Below, in pieces: positions 24,194-35,805 of a stretch of 64,000 bases of DNA. Made by a program: the position numbers and the translations under genes. Numbering within the stretch: the stretch's first letter is position 1; each line of letters opens with the position of its first letter. Source of the stretch: Rhodosorus marinus CCMP1338 (Eukaryota; Plantae; Rhodophyta); assembly GCA_029953675.1 (NCBI GenBank), contig JAMWBK010000001.1, forward strand, positions 806,001 through 870,000, in the 5' to 3' direction. Below the pieces are notes generated by a model. That model ran no database searches. It worked only from the letters and a program-made list of their open reading frames with translations, and was not told the origin of the DNA.

Positions 24194-27100
24194 ATGACGA
24201 AGAAAAGAAACCGATTTCGGAGGGCGAAGAACCGCTCAGGACGGGCTGATAACAACGATACTTCTTCCAGTCACGCAGATCAGAGCTATGACCATGAAAA
24301 CCGGTCAATCCTGTAAGCTTTAGGTCAGGACAGCTCCTCGGTATGAGCCCCCACACGATATTGACGATATTGTCTCTGTGCAGGTTATCGAGGAAAATCA
24401 GCAAGGGTCAATGGGAGCCGGAGACAAGGACGGACTCTCTGCAAACTGAGTTTGCTCGGCACGATAGGCGAAAAAGCAGAGGAGGAGATTCACAAGAGCG
24501 CCAAGTTTATGTGATTGATGATGACCGCTCGTCACAACATGATTCTGAGAGGCGCTATACTGAAGAAGGTTTGTACCTGTTCACCGCTCAGCATCGAATA
24601 TCTTCCTCTACATGCGTTCGTGCTGACACTCACAGCCAAACTTGTCTTTGCTGTACGTCAACAGTCCCCAGAGCACATACCAAAGACCGGAGAATGGATG
24701 ATGCTGCAGTTCCAGAACAGAGGCAGCGAGCACTTTTTGATCAGCGAATGGCCAGGAGAAGCTCAGGATCTGGAGGCAGCCCCGTACTAGAAATTATTCA
24801 CTTGGACGGGAGAAGCCCATACAGGGAGTCCGGGAGCATCGGGACTCATTTCGTGCATACTGGATTAAGAGATTCACCATCGCATGACCGGACCAGGGGC
24901 GAGAGCTTCGGCCAAAGCAGGAATAGAAGCTCAGAGTTTGATGAAATCCTCGCACAAAGGAAGAAGGAACTTGGCGCAGAAGCCGCAATATCATTCACTG
25001 GGACAACTCAATTGCGCGATCATCCCAATACTTCTGAAAATTTCAAATATGCAACTGATCAGCCGAGGAAAGGTGCGACTGCCAGCCCCCAACGTGCCAG
25101 GACTGAAGGCACGTCCGGGGACAAAGTGTGGGAAGCCCGCGAAGGGCGGGACGGCTACTTCGGTCGCAGCTCGTCTCTTGAGTCCAAATCAACGCCGCAG
25201 CCATCGCAACAGCCTGGCTGGGCAAGCCCTGCGGCGAGACATATACTGCAAGACCCCCCGCCGAAGTAGACCAGCCACGACGGGACTTTCGAGAAATTCT
25301 CCAAGTCAACAATCACCACTACCACCACCACCGCCGCCGCCGCCACCGCCTTTGCATCCAGCGTCACCTCAGCTTCTGGCGAGGCCTCTACAAAAGACTC
25401 CCCCAAGAACAGGGAGAGCAAACGCAGACGCGCGGGGCGTGGGCGCTGGCGCTGTTAGTCGGAATTGCGAGGAAGGGAAGCTCCCAGAAACCAAGAAACC
25501 CCGGGTCGCTACACCGGAGGAAAGGGATGGAACTAGATCGAATGTTACTCGAAAACAGTCGCCTTCCTCATCTACTTTACAGAAGCAGAAGCGGGCAAGC
25601 GCTTCCCCTCAGCTACCCCGAAATCAAGCAGGAGCCAGTCACCAGTCGAAAGGAAATCAAACGAAATCTGACGGACGAGAACAATCCCATGCTAGTAGTG
25701 CGGGAAAGAAAACGAATACCTCTACCCCTGCAAATCTCAGGGCATCGCTTCGAGGAAAAGCTTCGGCAAACAGTAAGAGCAGAGAAACGGTGGTGGAGCT
25801 CATTAAATTTGTCAACCAAGTTTTGAGCCATGACGAGCGCGAGGCACGGTCTAACAGAGCTCGCATTGAGAGAGCGGAGGATCACCTGAAAGAAGCGAAG
25901 TGGAGAATGGCAGAATTGGATGAAAGAACCAGGCAGAACAAGCGGAGACTCGAGGGCTTTCGAAGGATACTTCTCCAGATCCCGCTGGAGGGTTTAGGTC
26001 ACGGTGATGTGGAAGTCGAGCAAGGCTCCAGGAAACGTGAACGAGAGCAAGAAAAAGATCTTCAACCGGCCACTTTATCGAGAACAGTGGAGTCAGAAGG
26101 GATACCCTCAGACTCTATGGCTGCAGTACGACGCAAAGAAGGGGATAAGAGGGCTGGGGCTGGAGCTGGAGCTGGAGCTGGAGCTGGAGCTGGAGCAAGC
26201 GGAGAAAGCCAACAACATCGCGCGAAGGCCAGCTCAGTCAGACCATCAAATGATCTAAGAACTAAGAAACGTGACGATAGTGCGGGTGACCGCAAGGCTG
26301 AAGAGGAGGCTCCTGTTCTGCTCTCTGCGGGCTTGTCTGAAACGGTATCTCCAGTTGCTGCAACGGTTGTTGGCAAGTCTGTGGAAGACGGTGGGAAGAA
26401 CGAGACGATCGATTCTGGTGTGGACGAAGAGGAAGTCCTGGTGATGCTGGAGGAGAGCGAGGGGGTACTGGATGCAAACTCTCTGGTCAGCCCGAACCCC
26501 GTCGTGAAAGGCGCTGCAGGCGCCGTTGACAGAGCAGCTGCACCAGGTGAGACGAACCGAGCCATTCCTTCCTTTGCCTTCGTTTGTGAAAAGTGGGGGC
26601 AGGTGTGTCGTAGTATACTAGCGCCTGCGTGTGGGAATCACTGTTGAACAAAACATTTTCTACTCCCAGGAACTAAGACAGTCAAGCTGGAGCCTCATCA
26701 GCCCCTAGAGGCTCCAAGCACCGATACTGCACAGCCCACTGCTGAAGTGGAAATGGAACAAGGCAGAGGCCAGAAGCATCCCGAGCCCCAGGACCAACGT
26801 ACCGCAATTCCGGCTGAAACAGCGGAACCTGAGAACCGCGACGCTGATGAACCTGGGGAAGTAAACAAGCGTGCCTCGAGTGCTCCTGCAGATGGTCTCG
26901 GGAGCAAAGATGATTTCCCTGAGGTTGTGCCACTCCGCGGAACGGAGGAAGCAGCAGCACCATTGCATGATGTTCCGATTGGAGGGGCCAGTACTGCTAA
27001 TCCGCAGTGCGGTGTGGGTATTGGAACCCAGGGGGCAACGGATGCTCTTGTGGACCACTCGAATTTAACGTCCGATTCACGTCCGCCGCAGATGGACTTG

Positions 27101-28749
27101 CCCCTTACGGACCCTGACGATCGGATACGCACTGCAGGGCGGCAAGGACCCGCGGCCACTACTAGAGCACCCTCAGCGGCAGGAGCTCCTTCAATAGATA
27201 TTCCGAATGGGCTTGAGGAAATCAAGGGTTCAGCCTCTACGGGTGAAAAATTGCCTTCGAATCTTGGCACCAGTGGTGAACCCCCAGGAGGCGCGCTTAC
27301 TAGCAGCTTCAATGGGTCCAAATGCTCGCTTGTTCAGGCGAGTACGCGTGAGCGCTTGATATCGACCCACGATGTAATTGCATCCCAAAGAGGAAGTTCC
27401 ATCAACAAAACGGAATCCAAGAATGCTTCTGCTACGGACATACCAGCTTGCAAAACTCCTCCACGCCAACGGCGAGCTCAGGGAAGTGTGCAAGTACTTC
27501 CAACAATGGAACCAATTCGGAACTTAAACCAAGGCGAGCGACCATTGTCAATCGTCTGCGATGAGGCGGTTGCAGAAGGCTCTGGAGGCCGAGAGAAAGG
27601 TTTAGAAGCAAAAAGTTCAGACTCTGCAGGCATCGCTGCTCACGCTTCCTGCACTAGTGCCGAACCGCAGTCGTCAGAGTTGACGCGGCGGGCGATGGTG
27701 ATAGATTCTGCAGTAGAAGCAAAGCTCTCAGAATCTCCGGTTGTTTCTGCTCCTGCGTCTGCAGTCGTCGTTGCTCGCGCTTCCGAGGCTACTGCCGACC
27801 CACAGTCGTCAGAGTTGACGGGGCAGGCGATGGTGATGGGATCTGCAGTAGAAGCGAAGCTTTCAGAATCTCTAGTCGTCGCTCTTCCAGTACCCCAGCC
27901 TACTGCCGACCATCAGTCGGCGCGGTTGACCGAGGACGCAGCGACAACCGTGCGATGGGCATCAACTGCTCCTACGGATAGCACACAGAATGCATTTTCG
28001 AGGAAATCAGATAGTGGTTGGTGGATCCACAGCTCAAGAGCGTAAGCCCGTTTTGCTCTATGCTTGGTCGGCCCACGAAACAAATGGAATTCGTTCGACG
28101 ACGATCCAATGTCTTTGTGTCCATGAAGCAATCGTCTTTGCAAGAGTGGGAATCCAAAGTTGAGTCTCCGACTCTCTTTTCCGTGTTTTCCTTTGTAGGC
28201 GCCGCCTGAGAGCGTTCGTAGAGGATCACTTGAGGATGGACAAGCTGTGCTATAATTTCATTGACCCCCAGCGGGCACTATGTCCATGGGAACTCCACGG
28301 CAAATGCCAGAGTAAATCCTGCGACTATCAGCACTTCCATGACTTTGCAGCGACCCCGGTGGAAGTATTGGAGGAGGTGCTCTGCTATTGTCCGGACGGT
28401 ATATACAAGCTAACATCGGTGCGCTTGAAGAGGAGATACTTGTCCGGCGAAAAGATGCCGAAGATCCTCAAGGAGGCCTTGGCCGTATGTGGTTTTACGG
28501 ACGGTAAGTCGTGACCAAGCACTTGTACACAAGAACAATAAGTGTATTCCCGAGGTCCCTCGAAGCTGGAACTAGTCCCGACCACCTGCTGTGTTTCTCA
28601 AACTCTCGCTCATCTTTGCCCTCACCCAGACAAAATCCCAGAACGAAGACGAAAGAAGGCGTGCTAGACAAGCGGGGTCGTCTTTTCTCTACGGCGTGCT
28701 TACAATTGACAGGTTCAGCGCGGGTTCCCGGATCAACTTAGTGAATTGA
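24194..28749 (+). CDS. Large low-complexity protein with C-terminal zf-C3H1 finger (ZFC3H1/Red1-like, nuclear exosome targeting); one unresolved frame switch near 25265; 3' end uncertain
   Basis: Exons join in frame at 24313/24384, ~26547/26670 and ~28042/28199; FIDPQRALCPWELHGKCQSKSCDYQHFHDF matches the ZFC3H1/Red1 C3H1 finger; short coiled coil around 25790-25990. Confidence 0.75.
26153..26194 (+). repeat. (GCTGGA)n coding hexamer microsatellite giving a Gly-Ala tract
   Basis: gctggg followed by six gctgga units, in frame AGAGAGAGAGAGAG. Confidence 0.9.
27659..27945 (+). repeat. Intragenic coding tandem duplication (~135-nt unit, 2 full copies plus a partial third)
   Basis: AEPQSSELTRRAMVIDSAVEAKLSES at 27659, ADPQSSELTGQAMVMGSAVEAKLSES at 27794, ADHQSARLT at 27905. 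Confidence 0.9.
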
Positions 28750-30416
28750 TGAAGTCCAACATGTCGGACAATACTCTCTGGGAAGTGTCCGGGGTCGCAA
28801 GAGACGAAGAGATCTCGACTGTCATCGATTGCGTACGTTCGGGAAGGACTCCCGAGGCTACATTGGAGGCACAACAGGAAGGAGCCCTGTGGGGATATAG
28901 AGTTGAGCGCTCCCTCTTACCTCGTAAGTCTGCGGTGAGAGGAGCTCGTGGACTTTGATATCATCGTACAAGTACAGCTTCTTCCCTGGCAGGTCCAAGC
29001 TCTCAATGAAAGCTTTCGATCCAGTGGGGTCACACACCTCATCGTGAAGACTATGCGCAATGGCCAGCGGTACCTTCAGCTGCGCCTTTTTTGCTTGTAG
29101 GCTTTTGACTCCCTTCAGAATCTCATTCGCTGGTTCAAAAGAAAGACACGACAGTTGAGTGTACGTATAAGAATACAACTAAATGTGAACAATGATCAAC
29201 GTACGCAAACAAGGCAAGATGAGGACTAGATCAGGGTGTAGGACCAATTTGCTAAGGTCCAGAAAAGCGCAACTTGGAGATGCGCTCAAAACTCAAACTA
29301 AAAAAGCTGGCGCTGCCACGCAAGGGCTGCGGAGCCCATGAGCAGAGGATTCCGAGACGATTCCGACACAACTGAAAGGCATGATAGGCAACCAGGATGG
29401 AAGCCTGGACTCTACATAAAAATGCCCAAAAAGAGGAGGTGTTTTCGCTGGAAACAGTTAAGCAAATTACCTCCCCTGCTATCAATTCCGCCTCGATACC
29501 TGTCGGAAGAGGCAAATTGGGTAGTGGCGTGGTTAGGCAAACACCCGGGTGTTCGAAAGGATAGGCCGTAGACATGAAAACAATCGTGGTCGGGGAAGTG
29601 GTACATACATGAAGGGGTCGGTGTCACCTTCCAAGTTTCCCTTCAGTGATTTTACAACGAGTTTGGGAGCGATTGCTGACAACACTTTGATCACCGTAGC
29701 TTGTATTGGGCTTGCTCCAACCTGTCGATTGAGGGTACGGAGTTTTAAAAGGACGTTGAGACTTAGGCGGTTTGCATTGTCCGATGGCCTCTGCGAAGCT
29801 AGCTAGTCCGACATATGCGGAGAGAAAAATACCTTGAGGGAAGGCGCAGAAGCAAATATCCCGTCGAGTTCAACAGTAAGGGACGCGACTATGGCGATCA
29901 TCCCTCCCATAGAATGGCCCAGCGCATACACTGGCTTCCCAGTCTCCTGGACCGCAATAATACTATGGAACTTTTTGAGATCGGTCAGCAGTCCGTCTAG
30001 ACTCTTCAGGTGACCTCTGGCTCCGGAACTCCTGCCGTGACCCTGCCCATCAAACGAGAATGTAGAATAGCCTATCCAAAAGCGAATCGGATACACATCA
30101 ACATCAAAGCCGAAATGAAGCAAAGCAGAAGCGAAAACCGGGCGCTTCAGCGGGAATTACCGTGGCTGACCAACAGCTTTGCGACATGCTCATACCGTCC
30201 ACTATGCCCATGCAATCCATGAACAACAATAACGGCACCTTTCAACTCCTCATCCTCGCTCGGCCTCCACGACCTCCAAAATCTAGCCCCGCCATCCCAA
30301 CCCTCGAAAGCGTCACATCCAAAAACGCCCCAGTTCACAGAACATTCAGCGTTCACCTTTTCCAAAAGCAGCTTATCCGCCTCCGCATCACCACTGAGAA
30401 TGTCTCCACTTTCCAT
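28733..30416 (-). CDS. Monoglyceride lipase/lysophospholipase (alpha/beta hydrolase, Hydrolase_4-like), multi-exon
   Basis: VIVVHGLHGHSGRY, FDGQGHGRSSG, ALGHSMGG (nucleophile elbow), micro-exon YRGGIDSRG, AHSLHDEVCDP (acid), VHELL (His); last exon RVLSDMLDFINSLS*. Confidence 0.93.
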
Positions 30417-30647
30417 TACCTCCTACCCCCCGCCCCCCTCCAGGAAAATGACCGTAATATCCTTCTCTGCTATCCCTCCAAAAACCACCCAAAGAGAAAA
30501 ACACGACCCTGTCCTCTCTCCCCATCCCCCCTCACCCCAAAAGAAAACATGTTGGTATGCCTCTTGATAAGGAAGACATAACAAAATTGCCCAAGACAAG
30601 AATACAGCAGACTTCAAGACTTGATCGGATTTTAAGCTCCTATCGGT

Positions 30648-31287
30648 CCCCACCGCCCCCATCGCACACCGCCCCCACCTGAGAAAGCTCCATCGGCGAT
30701 TCCAACCTGTTCTGGATTCCCTGATTCCTCGAAAGCGTGCTTTACGCTGCCAACGTACACCTTCTGGTACTTGGAACTTCCCTGCAAAACCTTACGAGAT
30801 TCCGGATGTCTCCAAGCGTGCTTTTTCCATCCCATGCATTGGAATGCTGGTGTCTGGTACTTCTCTACAAATCCCTATAGAGTCCTGCGCGCCTCCAAGA
30901 GAGCTCTCCAGCATAAGAAACGCCGGTGCATGGTACTTCTCTGGAAACCCTTACGAGACAGTACACCTTGCCCCTCCAAAAAAGTGGGCTTTTCGGTGGG
31001 CGGAGGTGGTTATTGCGGTTGAAAGATCGTTTCTAGATCCATATCTCTACGTCAATATCTATACGTGGACCAAGAAACGATCTTTCAACCTCAGTAGCCA
31101 CACCCTCTAACGGAAAAGCCCACCCAATTTTGGGACAAGATGTACTTTTCTCATAAGGGATTGCGGGAGAAGTAGCACGCACCAGCATTCCTGATGAATC
31201 TTGGAGAGCTAGCTCGCTTGGAAGGCATCAGGGAATCTCTAAAAGGTTGGAATCGCCGATATGGCATTTCATGGGGCAATGGGGGCA
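30648..31287. repeat. Long imperfect inverted repeat (fold-back) with an internal ~80-nt triplication in the left arm
   Basis: Perfect 18-bp core GGTTGAAAGATCGTTTCT (31017-31034) / AGAAACGATCTTTCAACC (31073-31090); ATCGGCGATTCCAACC (30692-30707) pairs with 31245-31260; intervening arms are alignable with mismatches. Confidence 0.9.
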
Positions 31288-32997
31288 TCAGAATCTTGTT
31301 CCTGAGGCTTATCAGATGGGTTTCCGGAGAAGGTGGCCAGGTTCTTTTGTCTTGCCTGATGGACTCTGGTAGCGATAGTGAATATCTGCTCAATCATTTA
31401 TCTGTTGGGAGGTATTTAAATTTTCTTTCATCATACGAATGAGCTTGTCTATATTGTATTTTAGTTGTAATCAATAGGAATGAAAATACTCCCGAAATAT
31501 ATTTACAAAATGGACATGCCACTATATCAAGGAAGACGCCATCGAAGATTATTGTCGTTGGTGCCGTTCAACTTGGGGGCATATTGGGGGCATGCCCCCC
31601 TGCCTCCACCACAAATGGTCGCCCCCTTACTTGATCCAGTTCTGCCATCTGTTGGCATGGAAAATGGAGAGGATTTTTCTCTCTCCGACAAACGCTCATA
31701 TTTTCTCCATGTACTTTTAGACTGAATGAACGTGTGCATTCGGAGACTGAGAGAAACAAGTCTGGTTGGGGGCGAAGATTACACACTTCCCGTATCAAGA
31801 GCAGCGTTCACCCTCCATAAACAGCGAACTCAAGGGGCAAACGACGAGGAGAGCTGGTCGCGGCTCGCGGAGCAGTTCGTTAAGCGAATTTCCGTCTTCC
31901 ACCCACGCTCTTTTTGGCGGTGTGTATTTTTAGACTTATGGGCTTGGCCGTATCTGGCACGGACGGAATGCAGTCGTTAGCTATCTTTTCTAGCTCTTAG
32001 TGGGGTCGCTTAATGGCGAGATTCTAGCAGCATGCTAGCCGAGGCTCACAAAAGCGCGCATTGGCTTGCACGCTTTTGTTCCTAGTACCTGGCTTGCGTT
32101 TACGCCCTGCGCACGTGGGGTGCCTCAACTGATACAGTTGAAGCGGCGACGTCACCATCATGTCCATCACGCGCAAGTGTCCACTCGTCCGATGCCTTCC
32201 TACTATGTCAGGGCGAATATCTGACCCAGAACAGAATCCCTGAGGTTCTACTTGAATCTCCGAGAAACTTCGAAGGTGCAGCCATCAGCTCATTTCAACT
32301 TTCAGCTCGTCGTGTCGCTTCGTGCTAGCTCACCCGTAAAACACTATCTACTAGCAACTACTAGGTATTGGTCTGAAGTCTCTGGCGAAGTAAAACTGTC
32401 TGGGTTCTGGAGGCGCGAGGGTCTCTACGCCTTTCCTAGCGTACCTCGGTCGGGGACCTTCGTAGCCTCCGAACAATTCGGCAGACGTCTACAGTATCTC
32501 ACGATCGCTTTAAATGGGGTTTTTTGTCATGAACTTTTTTTTTTTGTATCTATAAATAACAGATTTTCAAAGAGGGTCAATTTTCTGATGTATGTGGACG
32601 AGAGGATATCTAAATCCGATACTTTTTCTCATTGGAGTTGACGCCGGTCACAGTCGTGCCTAGCTTCCGGCAAGTCGGTGGAAAAGTCGAAGTGGTCTGT
32701 GCGGCGGATTTCGAGAAAGCGATTTGATCCTTTCTGTGTTTTTGTTTTGCTCAAGGGAAGGTCGTATCTGTGTGTGTTTGAGAGGAGGATACTGGAAGTG
32801 CCAGTTCGCTGAGAGGGTCAGTGACTAGCCCTGTGGTTTTGAGTTTCTTCCCGAGTTCTGAGGCCTGTTGGTTGGTTTTGCTCGTCTCCGTTGCCAGTGG
32901 AAGTAGGATTGTCGATGTGCTTCGGCTTACATCTGTCATCGGATTACGGTATCAACGGTTTTCTTTTGTTTCGTGGTTAGTTCAGCGAGTTGGAGCG

Positions 32998-33727
32998 ATG
33001 GATTGCTTCATTGCTGCTGGCGTGGCTCGTAGGAGTCGTGGGAAACGAGTGCTAGTAAGTGCAAAGAAGAAGGCATCGAGCAAGAAGTCCGGAACAGGAT
33101 TCGGGAAGGAAGCGCCCAAGAAAGGAGCAGCCGATGAAGCGAAGGTTGACAAGGTAGAGCAGACGAGCCTCGAGTTCACGGAACCAGAAACAGATTTGAA
33201 GGACTTCGTACCTCAAGGACCCACCATGAGGGCATACTATGAGAAAACAGGGAGGTTGATGACAGAAAACCCCGAGGATACTACATTGCCCGAGGTTGTG
33301 TCCCAGCGGATGCTGAGAAGAATGGTCTGGCTCTTTTCCACACCCTTTGCGCTCGGGGTAGTAGGATTCGGCGTCTTCTTCTTTGCAAAGACAAAGTATG
33401 ATGTAACCTTCCAGCCAGCTGTCGTAGCCTTCAGCACACTGGGAATGTTCGGTTTCGCTCTCTTCGGTTTGACATACGGTAAGCCCTCAGTTGTACTTGC
33501 GCTAAGTTTTCCATCGGCCCAGGGACTCGTAGGAAGTGCTCACTCTTTTGTTTGCGACTGCAGGTATCATGTCTGCCTCATGGGATGTGGAAAGAGAAGG
33601 CTCCTTCCTAGGCCTCGATGAAGTCAAAACGAACTTTTTCAGGACAGTGGACGCCCTAAGCAGGTCTCGTTCTTCCGATGAGGACTCAGTTGCACTTGGC
33701 CAGAACATTGACGACGATAATAAGTGA
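32998..33727 (+). CDS. PAM68: PAM68 (photosynthesis affected mutant 68, DUF3464) thylakoid protein, 2 exons
   Basis: TLPEVVSQRMLRRMVWLFSTPFALGVVGF...FGFALFGLTYG|IMSASWDVEREGSFLGLDEVKTN; basic N-terminal transit-like peptide. Confidence 0.93.
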
Positions 33728-34332
33728 GATCAGATGGAAACAAGAAATATCTTTGATGTCCTCCATGATTCTGTGGAGTCATCTTCATAGCGGACTCTCT
33801 GACTCTGGAATTGCGATCTCGACGAAGATCGTAGTATTCTCGTTTCCATACCCCGCGACCTCATTTGGTTGCTTGCTAGGCTTGCGCCATCAACTGCTTG
33901 TTATAGAAATAAGTTTCGAAGACCTTCTGGTTGATAGCCTCTTTTGGCACTGCAGTGCCGCAGTGTTCAGCACCTTGTACCCAGTACCGCCGCATTTGAT
34001 GTAAACAATACCCTTGGATTTTGCAAGTGAGGCTTTATCCACTAATAGAACCGGAAAACAGGGGCCTTCGTGTGGCGGCTCGGCCTTGCTTGCAAGCACT
34101 TGAAGGGATATCCCCTTGCTTTAGAGCAACCTTTGAGACATGTTTCCGACTAGTATGTTGCATAATCCACTCAGTGATGCCACTCAATACCTTTTTAGAA
34201 TCTACATATGGATGTCATGGTAAAACTCTTAGGATAAAAATACATCTAAACTCTATTCACACAAATGCTTCAAGGTATAAGAAAATACACAAACGGACTA
34301 TATGGAAGTCCTAAGGCTTAAGTCAGACAAAA

Positions 34333-35805
34333 TCATTGAGGTTGTTGCATTGGCATCTGTAAAAGGCCATAGGCAAAGTAGCTCTGTCTCAGCCTTTCCG
34401 CCTCGTCAACTAGATCCCTCAACCCCGCGTGCTGTCTTGTGAGTTCTTTCTGCATCTGAGAGTGTTCATTCATAAGCCGCTCATTCTCCCGGAAAAGCTC
34501 GTCCGCGTGTTGCTGTGAGTACTGGCCTTGAGAGTGGCGCTTCATCCTCTCCAGGCTCAGGTGGAACTTCCGCTGAAGGCTGCCGAGAAGGTTGTGGCTC
34601 ATTTGCATCTGCAGCAGGCAGCGTAAGGTTTTATCGTGAACCTCCGCCTGCCAGTCCGAATGCTGTTGCAGAGTGTCCGTAACGTTTTGATTGACCATCC
34701 CTCCCGGGTATTGGTGGTGTGGGTTCTGCATCGGCATGTTGTTCATTACATGCACATTCACAGCTTGTCTTGCCGCAACATTTACCGGGCCGATCACAGA
34801 TGCCCTCGATTCTTGAGCGGCGTCCTTCTTCAGGTTGTTCCGGTACTTTTGGAGGTGTGACTTGACGTGCTCCGTGGTTATGTCCGGGATTCCCATATGC
34901 AGGAGGACGTTCTTTGGTCCTGCATTGTTGATTCCAATAGCTTTGATGGCTTCCAGAAACCGCTTGTGTAATTTGCTTGTCCACATGAGCCTCTTCTTCT
35001 TCTCCCTGGGCTCTGCCCCTTCATTGGAATCCTGTATTCCACCCGGGGACGCGGGAGAGTTCGGTGCCCCCGGGCGAGCTCGTTTCGCCGGGCTCGCGGG
35101 TTTGTCAGTTGCATGAGATTCTGTTGGGTAGGACGCGATCCCCGCGGAGAGTTTTGCCCCTGCCCGGGGAAAATGTGGCGGTGTGGGCCGTCTTCGAGAA
35201 CCATCGTCGACTCCAAGCATTCTAGAGCCCGATTGAACCCCGGCGCTGTAGCCGTTTTCGCCCTGCAGTTTTGGCATTGACGACTTAATCGCAGAGGCAA
35301 CGGGGGGAGCCTCGCTTTTCACAAGAATGTGCTTTGAAGATTCCTCTGCATGAAGGGCAGGTGTTTCTCCATCTTGGTATACTTCAGGGAATTCGGCGTT
35401 ATAGAAGAAGACCTCTGCCGAGTCCAACAAGTTTTCCACCGGCACATTCGCTGTGCGCATCATGTCCACTGCATCCACAGGCTCTGAAGCGGGACTCGTC
35501 ATAATCGGCTCCACGGCATCTCCAAGGCCTCCTTCCGTCTCCAACCCGAAGCTCGAAGCACCGTAACCGCTCGGGTTCTCCTCCGCGAACGAAAGCTGGA
35601 CATCGAAGTAGTAAGATCAGACAAAGTTAGTTTGGGGAAAATCGAGAAGCACTCGGAGAGATCCAACAGAGAACGCTGGTAAACCAACAAGGACAACACT
35701 TAGACTCACCCCTGCAGGGAGACCTACACCTTCAAACGGCACGACTCGATGCTCATCATCGAGAGGATCCTCGGCATTCCCCAGCATATTCGCCTGATCC
35801 TCCAT
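34333..35805 (-). CDS. GARP (G2-like) Myb-type transcription factor with C-terminal coiled coil, 2 exons
   Basis: KKKRLMWTSKLHKRFLEAIKAIG...PKNVLLHM...TTEHVKSHLQKYR; exon 1 (MEDQANMLG...GLPAG) ends at a GTGAGT donor in phase with the CAG acceptor near 35596. Confidence 0.93.
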
